DNA of 64,000 nt from Oceanispirochaeta sp. GTDB lineage: Bacteria > Spirochaetota > Spirochaetia > DSM-2461. Below, in pieces: positions 26,059-36,765 of the stretch (the first letter of the stretch is position 1; each line of letters begins with the position of its first letter). The DNA lies in NCBI GenBank assembly GCA_963666275.2, contig CAXXOA010000001.1:704001-768000 (forward strand), given 5' to 3'. The translations under genes and the position numbers were made by a program. The notes under the pieces are model-generated. The model was not told where the DNA came from and made no database searches. It worked only from the letters and a program-made list of their open reading frames with translations.

Positions 26059-27885
26059 ATGGCGATTATCCGGAAAAATTCGGCTGATCTCCAGGACGAT
26101 CCTGCAGCGGTCACGGAAGGTGACGCACAAAAAGAATTGGACCTGGATCCTGTATCTGAAGTAAACACAGATGATACGGAAGAGAAAGAACCACGTACCG
26201 TTAAAGTTAAAAAAGCAACTGTAAAAAAGAAAGCTGCCGTAAAAAAATCAGAAACCTCAGAAAGTGATGCTTCCGATGAGAGCATTTCAGAAAACTCTGA
26301 TAACAGTGAGGCTCCTCAGGCCGAGGAAGTCAAGGTCGTTGTTCCCCGCAAACGGTTGAGGAAAAAGAAAGAATCCGAAGATCAGATCACTGAAGACTTT
26401 TCCGGACCCGCAGAAACTCCTGCAGACGAAGAGAATGAAGACAATCCCGAGGACATGGATTCTCAGGATGATTTCAGAGATTCCGACAAAAAGGACACTG
26501 CCGGTCGAAACGGCTCTGCCAAAAGATCCGGCAGTTCCTACAACCGGAGAAAAAACGGCAAATCCCGCCGGGATCATAACAAGGTTACCCAGCGTCAGGC
26601 TTCTCTTCCCACAGATGACCAGCCCCGTATAACCATCAATGACCTGTCTATCATGACAATGCCCGGCCTGCGTCAGTACGCCCAGGATATGGAGCTCGGC
26701 CGGGATGATCTGATTACGCTTAAAAAGCAGGAGATCATCTTTGCCATCCTGAAAACACATATTGAGAGGAACGGGGTTATTTTCGCCTATGGCGCCCTTG
26801 AAATACTTCCCGACGGATATGGTTTTCTCCGGTCTCCCCAGAACTCCTATCTGCCCGGTAGTGATGATATCTACATTTCCCCCTCCCAGATCAGACTTTT
26901 CAATCTGAAAACAGGTGATACTGTCTACGGACAGATCCGGTCTCCCAAGGAAGGGGAACGGTTCTTTGCCATGCTCAGGGTTGTCAGTGTCAACTTCGAT
27001 GATCCCGGTGTGGCTCAGACAAGAATCTCTTTTGAGAACCTTACACCTCTGTATCCCAAGCAGAGACTGGATATGGAGTCTAAAGTTCCCGATCCTTCAA
27101 CAAGAATGATCAATCTTTTCTGTCCCATCGGTAAAGGTCAGAGGGGACTGATCGTATCACCGCCCCGTTCGGGAAAAACAGTGATACTCCAGAAAATAGC
27201 CAATGCCATTACCGAGAATCATCCGGAAGTTCAGCTCATCGTTCTGCTGATTGATGAAAGACCTGAAGAAGTTACCGATATGAGACGGAGTGTTCAGGGA
27301 GAGGTTATCGCATCAACCTTCGACGAACAGGCCAGCAGGCATGTACAGGTCGCTGAAATGGTTCTTGAAAAAGCCCGGAGACTGGTGGAGCATAAAAAAG
27401 ATGTTGTAATCCTTCTGGATTCCATTACACGTCTTGCCAGAGCCTACAATCAGACTGTTCCCACATCGGGAAAGATCCTGTCCGGTGGTGTAGACTCCAA
27501 CGCTCTGCACCGACCTAAACGATTTTTCGGTGCCGCCCGTAATATCGAAGACGGAGGCAGCCTGACCATCGTAGCCACAGCTCTGATCGAAACAGGCAGC
27601 CGTATGGATGAAGTTATCTTTGAAGAGTTCAAAGGTACCGGTAATATGGAGCTTGTGCTGGACAGAAGACTGGCGGACAAAAGGGTTTTTCCTGCCATCA
27701 ACATTAAGAAATCGGGAACAAGAAAAGAAGATCTCCTTCTTACAAGCGAAGAGCTGAATAAGATGTGGATCCTCAGAAAAGTTCTGAGCCCCATGGATGA
27801 TATGGAAGTTACCGAGATGATTGTTGACAAAATGCGGAAAACCAAGAATAATGAGGCGTTCCTGAAATCTATGAATACAACATAG
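26059..27885 (+). CDS. rho: Transcription termination factor Rho with a long charged N-terminal extension
   Basis: [61 protein letters not shown]. Confidence 0.97.
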   Translation: MAIIRKNSADLQDDPAAVTEGDAQKELDLDPVSEVNTDDTEEKEPRTVKVKKATVKKKAAVKKSETSESDASDESISENSDNSEAPQAEEVKVVVPRKRLRKKKESEDQITEDFSGPAETPADEENEDNPEDMDSQDDFRDSDKKDTAGRNGSAKRSGSSYNRRKNGKSRRDHNKVTQRQASLPTDDQPRITINDLSIMTMPGLRQYAQDMELGRDDLITLKKQEIIFAILKTHIERNGVIFAYGALEILPDGYGFLRSPQNSYLPGSDDIYISPSQIRLFNLKTGDTVYGQIRSPKEGERFFAMLRVVSVNFDDPGVAQTRISFENLTPLYPKQRLDMESKVPDPSTRMINLFCPIGKGQRGLIVSPPRSGKTVILQKIANAITENHPEVQLIVLLIDERPEEVTDMRRSVQGEVIASTFDEQASRHVQVAEMVLEKARRLVEHKKDVVILLDSITRLARAYNQTVPTSGKILSGGVDSNALHRPKRFFGAARNIEDGGSLTIVATALIETGSRMDEVIFEEFKGTGNMELVLDRRLADKRVFPAINIKKSGTRKEDLLLTSEELNKMWILRKVLSPMDDMEVTEMIVDKMRKTKNNEAFLKSMNTT

Positions 27886-27944
27886 GTTCGAATAAGCAAT
27901 TAACGGGGTCTTTGAAGCGGAGATCTCTTGGAGGATAGAAGATT

Positions 27945-28154
27945 ATGAAAGAAGGAATACATCCTAACTATGTGGATGCAAAAGTAACTTGTGCCTGTGG
28001 TAACGTCATTGAGACTCGTTCTACACAGGGTGATATGGAAGTTGAAATCTGCAGTTCCTGCCACCCCTTTTATACAGGGAAGCAGAAACTGGTTGATACT
28101 GCCGGTCGTGTTGAAAGATTCAACAGAAAATACGGTATTAAAAGCAAAGACTGA
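27945..28154 (+). CDS. rpmE: 50S ribosomal protein L31 (Zn-binding type)
   Basis: [33 protein letters not shown]. Confidence 0.97.
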   Translation: MKEGIHPNYVDAKVTCACGNVIETRSTQGDMEVEICSSCHPFYTGKQKLVDTAGRVERFNRKYGIKSKD

Positions 28155-28179
28155 TAGAGAATATCAGCCTTTTAGAAGG

Positions 28180-28209
28180 AGCTGTCACGGTTGTGACAGC
28201 TTTTTTTTT
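28180..28209 (+). terminator. Intrinsic terminator after rpmE
   Basis: AGCTGTCAC-GGTT-GTGACAGCT followed by a T tract. Confidence 0.9.
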
Positions 28210-28315
28210 GCTCTGGGGGCTCTAATTTCTTTCTATGGTAATTTTTATTGAAATATTAGTTAACATGTCTTACTATAAAAGTGGGTTTTTCACATCAGTG
28301 TTACAGGACTAGATA

Positions 28316-29458
28316 ATGGATGAGATTCACAGTCTCCATAAGACGGCCCATGGGAATGCTCCTCAAATAACTGTAAAGGTTCCCGGTAAAATAGATCTTA
28401 TGGGGGAGCATACGGAATATTATGGGGGACTCGTTCTTTCATTTGCCGTAAACAAATACCTATACGTCTCTTTGTCCGAGCGGCAGGATAATTCACTTCG
28501 CTGTTTTTCACGGAATTACAATGAGAGAAAGAAATCCTCTCTCTCTGGATTGAAATACAAGAGAGAAGACCGCTGGGCCAACTATGTCAAAGGGGCTGTG
28601 GCTGTAATGATGCAGCTCGGATGCCCCGTGAAAGGGCTGGATATCACCATTGACAGTGAAATACCCGAACAGGTGGGGCTGGGATCTTCTTCGGCACTGA
28701 CCCTGGCGGTTGTCTGCGCTCTCAGAGATTTCTACAGTTTTGAAATATCTGATATTCAGCTTGTCGAAGCCGCCCGGCTTGCGGAACTCAAATTTATGAA
28801 AAAGGATCCGGGGCTGACGGCCTGTTCTGTCGCTTATTACAGCGAAGAGGGACGGGCTCTTCTGATCGATACAAAAACTATGGATATGGGTTATATCGAT
28901 CTGGAGTTTGATCCCATTGTTATTCTGATTACAGATTCCCATGTGCCCAACGGCGCCGGTTACGATGAAACAGAGGACCTGGGGAAAAATAATGAAGAAT
29001 GCCTGACCGCTTTGAACCAGCTGCGGAAGAATCAGCCCATCAGAGAGCTTTCGGCCAAGGATTTGAGGGTCGGGCTTGAGAGCTATCCCGAGCTTGTAAG
29101 ACGCCGCTGTCTTCATGTGGTTCAGGAGTATCACCGGGTGGAAGAGGTCAGAGAGGCCCTGGCTGCTAAAGACCTGGCAGGTGTAGGGAAGCTGATGACC
29201 AGGTCTCATGAAAGTCTGCGGGATCTCCTTGAAATATCCTGTCCCGAGCTGGACTGGCTTGTTAAAAGAGCCAATGAAACCAACGGTGTCTTCGGAGCCC
29301 GGATGATCGGCAATGGATTCGGCGGGTGTACAATAAACCTGATAAATGTTAATAATATTTCATTGTACGATGAACATCTGGAAGAGTATGACCGGATTTT
29401 CGGCTTCAAAGCAGACCATTTTATCTGTCGGCCCGTATCAGGTGTGAAGTTTCAATAA
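28316..29458 (+). CDS. Galactokinase-like GHMP protein with a divergent active site
   Basis: PGKIDLMGEHTEY, WANYVKG, IPEQVGLGSSSAL, SHESLRD, GARMIGNGFGGC. Confidence 0.8.
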   Translation: MDEIHSLHKTAHGNAPQITVKVPGKIDLMGEHTEYYGGLVLSFAVNKYLYVSLSERQDNSLRCFSRNYNERKKSSLSGLKYKREDRWANYVKGAVAVMMQLGCPVKGLDITIDSEIPEQVGLGSSSALTLAVVCALRDFYSFEISDIQLVEAARLAELKFMKKDPGLTACSVAYYSEEGRALLIDTKTMDMGYIDLEFDPIVILITDSHVPNGAGYDETEDLGKNNEECLTALNQLRKNQPIRELSAKDLRVGLESYPELVRRRCLHVVQEYHRVEEVREALAAKDLAGVGKLMTRSHESLRDLLEISCPELDWLVKRANETNGVFGARMIGNGFGGCTINLINVNNISLYDEHLEEYDRIFGFKADHFICRPVSGVKFQ

Positions 29459-29481
29459 TTCAAACCGAGAGAAATGCTTTC

Positions 29482-30231
29482 ATGAAAATACTTATTACCA
29501 ACGATGACGGAGTAAACAGCCCGGGGCTTCAGGTCCTGAAAGAGGTTGTCTCGCGGAAGCATGAGGTCTGGGTTATGGCTCCCAGTGGAGACCAGAGCGG
29601 CGTCTCCCAATCCATTACGCTGCGGGATCCTGTTAAGATTCAAAATGTGGAAGAGAATGTCTGGTCCTGCGGCGGTACTCCAACGGACTGCGTCGTCTAT
29701 GGTTCCGGCGGTTTTCTGCCAGTCTCATTTGATATGGTTCTTTCGGGGATCAATATCGGTTCCAATGTAGGAACAGATCTTATCTATTCGGGGACAGCCG
29801 CAGCAGCAAGGCAGGCGGCTCTTCATGACATCCCTGCAATAGCCATCTCTCTGGACAAGTTTCAGGGGCCTTTTCCTTTTACAGAAATCGCGGAGTTTGT
29901 TCTGGAAAGACTGGAGGATCTTCACAGTCAGTGGGACAGTTCCTTTTTTTACAATATGAATTTCCCACCGGAAATTACGGCGGATACGCCCATGGTCTGG
30001 ACAAGACCGGGGCGGCGGAAATACCATGATGAAGTGGTTCAGATGAAATCACCCCGGGGTGAGGGCGTCTACTGTTTTCTGAAAGGCAATATTGTTTCCA
30101 GCGAGCAGACCGAGGGGACAGATGTTTTTGAAGTCAAACGGGGAAGAGTCACCCTGTCGGCTGTGTCAATCTTACCGGTCGTGGTCAGTCATATGGGTGA
30201 CGTACCGGAGAAAGCGGAGGCAGGTCACTGA
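29482..30231 (+). CDS. surE: 5'/3'-nucleotidase SurE
   Basis: ILITNDDG, QSGVS, GTPTDCV, SGINIG, YSGTAAAA. Confidence 0.95.
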   Translation: MKILITNDDGVNSPGLQVLKEVVSRKHEVWVMAPSGDQSGVSQSITLRDPVKIQNVEENVWSCGGTPTDCVVYGSGGFLPVSFDMVLSGINIGSNVGTDLIYSGTAAAARQAALHDIPAIAISLDKFQGPFPFTEIAEFVLERLEDLHSQWDSSFFYNMNFPPEITADTPMVWTRPGRRKYHDEVVQMKSPRGEGVYCFLKGNIVSSEQTEGTDVFEVKRGRVTLSAVSILPVVVSHMGDVPEKAEAGH

Positions 30232-30902
30232 TGTCAAACAGGGATGATGGACTGAAATTGTATGAGAACGGCCTCTACGAAGATGCCCTTGATGCTCTTA
30301 TGTCAGAGGATATCGACCCGGTTGAAGATGCGGAGCTCTCCTATCTGATCGGTCTCTGCTATACCCGTACAGGGGAGTTCAATGCAGCAGTCTTTTATCT
30401 TGAAAAATCTCTGGAGCTGGACAATTCCTTTCTACGGGCCTATCAGATCCGTATGGTCCTCTCCTATATCTACAATGTGACAGCCAATTATCCTGCTGCG
30501 GAAATGCAGCTTCGGCAGGTACTGAAGGACGGTTTTGAATCCTCCCAGATCTACTCCTCTCTGGGGTATACCCTCTGGAATAAAGGGAGTATTCCCGAAG
30601 CAATTGACAGTTTAACCAAAGCATTGGAACTGGATCCGGAGAATCCCAACACACTGAATTCTCTGGGGTATATAATGGCGGAAGAGAGTCTTAATCCTGA
30701 AAAAGCCGTAGAGTACTGCCGTCAGGCCGTGGGGATGAATCCCGGAAACGGAAATTATCTTGATTCTCTGGGTTGGGCTCTTTTCAAGAACGGAGAGGTT
30801 GAAGAAGCCCGGTACAATCTTGAAAAAGCCGTGGGCATCAATCAGGACAGCCCTGAAATTCGGGAGCATTTGAATGTGCTGGAGAGGTATGAAAAATTCT
30901 AG
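30231..30902 (+). CDS. TPR repeat protein
   Basis: Repeated TPR units, e.g. NTLNSLGY and YLDSLGWALFK. Confidence 0.9.
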   Translation: MSNRDDGLKLYENGLYEDALDALMSEDIDPVEDAELSYLIGLCYTRTGEFNAAVFYLEKSLELDNSFLRAYQIRMVLSYIYNVTANYPAAEMQLRQVLKDGFESSQIYSSLGYTLWNKGSIPEAIDSLTKALELDPENPNTLNSLGYIMAEESLNPEKAVEYCRQAVGMNPGNGNYLDSLGWALFKNGEVEEARYNLEKAVGINQDSPEIREHLNVLERYEKF

Positions 30903-32937
30903 AGTTATTGCTGGGGTAGGTATTCTTCTTTTATTCCTTTCCCTGCCGGCGGTCCTTTCCGCTCAGCAGGAGAGTCTGGATTCGGTTTCCATCAAAGCCG
31001 CCGAGGAGTTCCGCTGGGGAGTTGTTTCCTTTCACGAAGGGCTTTTCAATAAAGCCATTCTCTCTCTGGAGAAATCTCTGGCAATGGATCCGGATAATAC
31101 TCTGACACGGTTCTGGCTGGGACGCAGCTACTATCAGTCGGGCTACGAGGAAGCGGCTCTGAATGAGTGGCAGAACCTTATGGATACGGGAAATGCCGGT
31201 TCCACACTGATGAGTTTTGCTGAAATAATCACAGACAGAAGAGGGCTTTCCCGTGAGTTAAAGTCCAGTGACCGCCTTGTTGAACTCTATGATATCCCCC
31301 GGGAGCAGGAGGGATTTACTTTTTATAACCGTCCTGTTTCTGTGAATGCCTCTCCCGCTGGAGACGGCAGTTTCTATCTTCTCTCCTATCTCAATGGAGA
31401 TCTCCTTCAGATCAGTACTACCGGTCGGGTTTCTCATGTGCTCTCCGGAGGTGTCCTGGGTTTCGACAGGCCCTTTGATATGGACTTCCTGACAGACGGA
31501 GAACTTGTGGTTTCGGAATACGGAGCTGACAGAATTTCCATCTGCTCCCGTCAGGGATTCAGGATCAGGACCATAGGCTCCACCGGAACCGGCGAGGGAG
31601 AGCTTCTGGGGCCCCAGTATCTGCGGGTTTCCGATGACGGTTACATCTATGTCTCAGAATGGGGAAACCGCCGGGTCAGCAAGTTTAATCTGGATGGAGA
31701 GTTTATCCTCTCCTTTGGAAGACCCCGGGCGGACTTCGCAGGCCTCAGAGGTCCCAGCGGACTGGAACTGCGAAACGGTTTTGTTTATATCGCCGATTCT
31801 ATGACTGGAAAAATTGAGGTCTTCGACCAGAGCGGAAACTATATTCGGACTCTTATCCGGGAGGGCCTTCAGGCTCCGGAGGATCTTCTTTTTACAGATG
31901 ACAACTCCCTCCTCATTGCTGACGAGGGACAGGTTCTGGTTTACGATCTGGAGAATGACATCCTTTCTGTGGCTTCTGACCTGGCCGGAGCGGGGAAGCG
32001 GATCCTCAGTATCACACAGGATGGCAACGGCAACATTGTGGCGGCGGATTTTGATGGCAATTCCGTGTCTGTCATGACGGATATGGCGACCCTCTATGCC
32101 GGGCTGTTTCTGAGAATCAACAGAGTTGCAACAGGGGAATACCCTCTGGTTCATGTTGACTTTACCGTAGAGGACCGCTGGGGAAAACCAGTGGTGGGAC
32201 TGGGGCAGAGAAATTTCTTTCTGCGGGAAAACAGCCTTTCCATCGGAGATTTCGATCTGACCTACACCGGGTATGATAACCGGGAACTGGATGTGGCGGT
32301 TCTTGTTGACAACAGCAGTGCCATGAGAAGCCGACAGGGATTGATTCAGGACGGCGTGAGGAGCCTGTTTCAGAATCTTCAGACCGGAGATGAAGCCCAC
32401 CTCCTCGCCGTCAGAGACACCCCCCAGGTTCTGCTGGAACCGGGAGATGATCTGCTGGATATTCTTCCGGAACTGACTTCAAGCTGGTCAGATACAACCG
32501 ATGTGGCATCGGGAATCCGTCTGGGAGCATCCCAGCTGATCCCCGATAGAAAACGGAAGGCCCTTTTCTTTTTTACAGACGGCCGGATCCATCCCGATAC
32601 ATTCGTAAATTACGGTCTTCAGGACATGGCTCAGTATCTGAATAACAACGGAATCAGTTTTTTTCCTGTCTATATGGACCCGGATTTCAGAAATTCCGAG
32701 CTTGATTATATTGCCAAGGAAACCGGCGGCGAAGGGGTCTATCTTCTGCAGCCCCGGGGGATTCTTCCTCTTCTGGATAAGGTGCGCAGAGCTGCCAGCG
32801 GTTTCTATACACTCAGCTACAACGCTGTGAACCCTACGGACTTCGGTCAGGCCTATATTCCCGTTTCTCTTGAGGTAAACTACATCAGCAAGAGCGGCAG
32901 AGATGAGCTGGGCTATTTCGGACCTCTGGAATATTGA
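30889..32937 (+). CDS. Secreted TPR + NHL beta-propeller + vWA-like protein
   Basis: Signal peptide; TPR; NHL repeats (YVSEWGNRRVSKF, YIADSMTGKIEVFD); C-terminal VLVDNSSAM and FFTDG (MIDAS-like). Confidence 0.8.
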   Translation: MKNSRVIAGVGILLLFLSLPAVLSAQQESLDSVSIKAAEEFRWGVVSFHEGLFNKAILSLEKSLAMDPDNTLTRFWLGRSYYQSGYEEAALNEWQNLMDTGNAGSTLMSFAEIITDRRGLSRELKSSDRLVELYDIPREQEGFTFYNRPVSVNASPAGDGSFYLLSYLNGDLLQISTTGRVSHVLSGGVLGFDRPFDMDFLTDGELVVSEYGADRISICSRQGFRIRTIGSTGTGEGELLGPQYLRVSDDGYIYVSEWGNRRVSKFNLDGEFILSFGRPRADFAGLRGPSGLELRNGFVYIADSMTGKIEVFDQSGNYIRTLIREGLQAPEDLLFTDDNSLLIADEGQVLVYDLENDILSVASDLAGAGKRILSITQDGNGNIVAADFDGNSVSVMTDMATLYAGLFLRINRVATGEYPLVHVDFTVEDRWGKPVVGLGQRNFFLRENSLSIGDFDLTYTGYDNRELDVAVLVDNSSAMRSRQGLIQDGVRSLFQNLQTGDEAHLLAVRDTPQVLLEPGDDLLDILPELTSSWSDTTDVASGIRLGASQLIPDRKRKALFFFTDGRIHPDTFVNYGLQDMAQYLNNNGISFFPVYMDPDFRNSELDYIAKETGGEGVYLLQPRGILPLLDKVRRAASGFYTLSYNAVNPTDFGQAYIPVSLEVNYISKSGRDELGYFGPLEY

Positions 32938-33275
32938 TGGGATTGATCAGAAGAGGGTTAAAAGACCGCTGGACCGGAAAATGGGAGAGTTACTGTCACT
33001 GCTGCGGGAAATGCTGTTACGAAAAAGAGTATATTCCCGGAGGTATTCTTATTACCGATTATAATAAACCCTGCCGATTCCTGGATGAGGAATCAAAACG
33101 CTGCCGGGTCTATGTAAACCGCTTCAATGCCTGTAAGGAGTGCCGGAAGGTGACTCTCTGGACAGCTCTGTTCTCTCCGGCCCTTCCGCCGGACTGCGGG
33201 TATGTGGTTCATGTCAGGAAGGTTCTGAAAACGGGGAACCTGAAAAAGTGGTTTCATAAATGGAAAACCCTGTAG
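32937..33275 (+). CDS. CxxCxxCC cysteine-cluster protein (YcgN/YkgJ-like)
   Basis: WESYCHCCGKCCYEK, CRFLD...RCRVY.NRF, LPPDCGYV. Confidence 0.75.
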   Translation: MGLIRRGLKDRWTGKWESYCHCCGKCCYEKEYIPGGILITDYNKPCRFLDEESKRCRVYVNRFNACKECRKVTLWTALFSPALPPDCGYVVHVRKVLKTGNLKKWFHKWKTL

Positions 33276-33295
33276 GAATCCCTGCAGGGTTTTTT
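33264..33295. terminator. Bidirectional terminator
   Basis: AAAACCCTGTAGG-AATC-CCTGCAGGGTTTTTT between convergent genes. Confidence 0.75.
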
Positions 33296-33319
33296 CAATT
33301 CTTAAGGAGATCTTAACTG

Positions 33320-34012
33320 TTATTCCGCATTGATGGCGATAAGCCGCCAGCCTTCTCTGTACTCCCGGAAATAGAAAATGTGGGAAGCTCCGGGAAGCCC
33401 TGTTTTCTCGAAAAACAGTTCAGATCCCAGTTCGGTCATATTGAGTCTGACTGTCCAGGATGAGCCCTCTTTTTTGATAAAGTAACGATTGAAATCATAC
33501 AGGAGGGAAGGATCCGTGGATTCAAGAGGATATTTTTCAAAGGCATATACAAGATATTCCGATACTTCCTCCTTTGTGACTCCCTGATCGTATCCGGGCA
33601 GATAGAGCCTTGTGGATATCAGCGACATCACACCGCTCAGGTCTTCGGCAAAGACGGCTCTCATCAGCTTCGAAAAGAAATACCGGACTGCCGAAGCTTC
33701 CTTGCCGCTCGGTCTGGCCGGGGCGGCTGTCTGGATCTGAGCCGGCTCTGCAGGTGCTGTCACCACGGCGGATCCGGTCTTGCCTGCCTCTCTGGCCGCC
33801 TCGATGTCGGGGTAGACCGCAAGGGCGATGGCCTTGAAGCTTTCGGCTTTATCGTTCTCTCCCAGACGGGCATAATTTTCTGATACGGCAAGATAGGCAT
33901 CAGCAATCATCAGCCGTTCGGTGGCGGGATAGGATTCGTAAAAATTTTCTGCTCCCGCTGCAGATAGCAGACAGCTGAATAGAATGAGTGTTATTAGCAG
34001 TTTCCTGATCAT
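33320..34012 (-). CDS. Exported hypothetical protein (possibly NTF2-like C-terminal domain)
   Basis: Signal peptide; Ala/Pro linker; C-terminal FYFREYREGWRLIAI. Confidence 0.7.
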   Translation of the reverse strand: MIRKLLITLILFSCLLSAAGAENFYESYPATERLMIADAYLAVSENYARLGENDKAESFKAIALAVYPDIEAAREAGKTGSAVVTAPAEPAQIQTAAPARPSGKEASAVRYFFSKLMRAVFAEDLSGVMSLISTRLYLPGYDQGVTKEEVSEYLVYAFEKYPLESTDPSLLYDFNRYFIKKEGSSWTVRLNMTELGSELFFEKTGLPGASHIFYFREYREGWRLIAINAE

Positions 34013-34139
34013 CTTCTTCTCCCGTTAATAGGCGTTCTTTTATGTCTCTCTTTACTATAATCCTCCTGTGCTGAAAAGTAAATCATCATAATATCAAGCT
34101 GAGATTGATAGTCCCTTAAAAAATCAGTACATTAATAGT

Positions 34140-34454
34140 ATGGCAGAGAGACAAAATCACTTTGACGGTGAAATACTTGAGAAAGTGGAAGAAGGATTGA
34201 AAGAACCCGGCATGTACAGGGTTCTTCTTTTGAATGATGATTATACGACACAGGACTTCGTTGTGGAGATCCTGATAACGGTTTTTCATAAGGCCCCGGT
34301 GGACGCCACCAGAATTATGCTGGACGTGCATAAGAAGGGCCGCGGTATTGTGGGGCTTTACCCCTTTGACATTGCCTCCACCAAGGTAAAACAGGTGAAG
34401 GATATGTCCAGGCAGAGGGAATTCCCCCTCAAATGCGTCATGGAGAAGGCCTGA
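34140..34454 (+). CDS. clpS: Clp protease adaptor ClpS
   Basis: YRVLLLNDDYTTQDFVV, MLDVHKKG, FPLKCVME. Confidence 0.96.
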   Translation: MAERQNHFDGEILEKVEEGLKEPGMYRVLLLNDDYTTQDFVVEILITVFHKAPVDATRIMLDVHKKGRGIVGLYPFDIASTKVKQVKDMSRQREFPLKCVMEKA

Positions 34455-34458
34455 GGTT

Positions 34459-36765
34459 ATGAATATAAGTCAGGAATTGCAGATTATTGTAAATACAGCG
34501 TATCAGGAAGCCAGAAGCCGGAATCATGAGTTCTTTACTCCCGAGCATCTTCTGTATACCTCCCTGGATTTCTCCGATCCCAGAGAGATCATGGAATCCT
34601 GCGGAGCCGATCCGGATGAGATTAAAATAGATCTGGAAGAGTATTTCGCCCGGTATCTGACAACCGTAACAGGCATGGAACCGGTACAGACTGAAGGGCT
34701 CCAGAATGTGATTGAGAGGACCATGCTCCAGATGAGCTCCGCCGGAAAGGAATGGATCGATATCGGCGACATCCTGGTCTCTATTCTGGAGGAGCCTGAG
34801 AGCTTCGCCGCCTATTATATGAAAAAATCCGGTGTTACACGGCTGGATCTGCTGACAGCGGTTTCCCATCTGGTTGCCTCCAATCCTGATCTGGATGAAA
34901 TGGATGAGGATGAGTATATGGGGCAGGATGATGAGATGGATGAGGATTTTCATGAATATCAGACCTCTCAGACTGCGGGCAGAAGCAAAAAGAAGAAAAA
35001 GAGCGCCCTGGATGCGTATACGACGAATCTCACTGCTCTGGCGGAGCAGGGCAAACTGGAACCCCTTATCGGCCGGGAGGAAATCCTGGAAAGAACCATA
35101 CAGGTCCTTTCAAGAAGGCTGAAAAACAACCCTGTCCATGTAGGGGATCCCGGTGTGGGAAAAACAGCCATCACCGAAGGTCTGGCCTGGCGGATCCATC
35201 AGGAGGAGGTTCCTGCCTTCCTTAAGGGGGCGAAGATCTTTTCCCTTGACATGGGAAGTCTCCTGGCGGGAACCAGGTTCAGAGGGGATTTCGAAGAGAG
35301 GATCAAGCTGGTTCTGAAAGAGCTGGAAGCCATAGACAATGTTATCCTGTTTATCGATGAAATCCATACGATTATCGGGGCCGGATCCGTTTCCGGCGGC
35401 AGTATGGATGCGGGAAATCTTCTGAAGCCGGCTCTGGTGAGAGGATCCCTCCGCTGTATCGGCTCCACAACCTACGATGAATTCAAGAAACATTTTGAAA
35501 AGGACCATGCTCTGGCAAGGCGTTTTCAGAAAATAGATGTTCCCGAGACAAGCCTTGATGAAACTAGACAGATCCTGAAAGGGCTGCAGAGCGTTTATGA
35601 AGAGCATCACGGTGTGATCTTCACTCCCGAAGCCATAGAGGCCGCGGTGACCCTTTCGGATCAGTATATCAATGAAAAGCATCTTCCCGACAAGGCGATC
35701 GACCTGATTGATGAAGCCGGTGCCTGGAAGAGGCTGAAAGCCGAAAAAGAGGGCACCGCCGGAACAAATCAGACCGTTACGGAACAGGATGTGGAGAAGG
35801 TTGTCGCAACCATAGCCCGGATTCCCGAGAAGAGTGTGTCCGTCAATGAAACGGATAAGCTTAAAACTCTGGATACGGCACTCAAAGCGAACCTTTACGG
35901 TCAGGATGAAGCGGTTGATGCTGTCACCATGGCAATCAGACGGTCCCGTGCGGGATTCCGTCAGCCCGGGAAGCCCATCGCATCCTTTCTGTTTGTTGGA
36001 CCCACCGGAGTGGGGAAAACAGAGCTGGCCCGTCTTCTGGCGGAAGAGCTGGGAGTATCTCTTCACCGGATCGATATGAGTGAGTATCAGGAGAAACATA
36101 CGGTCTCCCGTCTGATAGGATCTCCTCCCGGTTACGTGGGGTATGAAGAGGGAGGCCTGCTGACCGATACCATCCGGAAAAACCCCCATGCGGTGCTTCT
36201 CCTCGATGAAATTGAAAAGGCCCATGCCGATGTATTCAATATTCTCCTGCAGATGATGGATTATGCCACGGTAACGGATAATATGGGACGGAAAGCCGAT
36301 TTCAGGCACGCCGTTATCATTATGACATCCAATGCGGGCGCCCGGGATATGGGCCGGTCTGTCATCGGCTTCGGAGGGGAAACCATCTCTACCGAAGCTG
36401 TGGACGGTGCGGTCAACAGGATCTTCACTCCCGAATTTCGGAACCGGCTTGATAAGATCATTACCTTTCACGGTCTTCCCGATGAGGTGGTTCAGTCCAT
36501 TGTGAGGAAGGAAATCAAAGGTTTCGAGAAACAGCTGAACGAAAAGAATGTCACCCTGGAGGTCAGCGATGAGTGTATCCGCTGGCTGGCCGAGAAGGGG
36601 TACTCCCGGGAGTACGGAGCCAGGAATATTTCCCGGCTTGTGGATGATAAGATCAAGACTTTCTTTGTGGATCAGGTGCTCTTCGGGAATCTCTCCTCAG
36701 GAGGAAAAGCCCGGGCGGATATCAGAGAGGATGATGTTGTCATCGAGGTCCTGAGCAGTGAGTGA
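34459..36765 (+). CDS. clpA: ATP-dependent Clp protease ATPase ClpA
   Basis: Two AAA+ modules (GDPGVGKT, GPTGVGKT), LPDKAIDLIDEA, no ClpB middle domain; follows clpS. Confidence 0.95.
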   Translation: MNISQELQIIVNTAYQEARSRNHEFFTPEHLLYTSLDFSDPREIMESCGADPDEIKIDLEEYFARYLTTVTGMEPVQTEGLQNVIERTMLQMSSAGKEWIDIGDILVSILEEPESFAAYYMKKSGVTRLDLLTAVSHLVASNPDLDEMDEDEYMGQDDEMDEDFHEYQTSQTAGRSKKKKKSALDAYTTNLTALAEQGKLEPLIGREEILERTIQVLSRRLKNNPVHVGDPGVGKTAITEGLAWRIHQEEVPAFLKGAKIFSLDMGSLLAGTRFRGDFEERIKLVLKELEAIDNVILFIDEIHTIIGAGSVSGGSMDAGNLLKPALVRGSLRCIGSTTYDEFKKHFEKDHALARRFQKIDVPETSLDETRQILKGLQSVYEEHHGVIFTPEAIEAAVTLSDQYINEKHLPDKAIDLIDEAGAWKRLKAEKEGTAGTNQTVTEQDVEKVVATIARIPEKSVSVNETDKLKTLDTALKANLYGQDEAVDAVTMAIRRSRAGFRQPGKPIASFLFVGPTGVGKTELARLLAEELGVSLHRIDMSEYQEKHTVSRLIGSPPGYVGYEEGGLLTDTIRKNPHAVLLLDEIEKAHADVFNILLQMMDYATVTDNMGRKADFRHAVIIMTSNAGARDMGRSVIGFGGETISTEAVDGAVNRIFTPEFRNRLDKIITFHGLPDEVVQSIVRKEIKGFEKQLNEKNVTLEVSDECIRWLAEKGYSREYGARNISRLVDDKIKTFFVDQVLFGNLSSGGKARADIREDDVVIEVLSSE

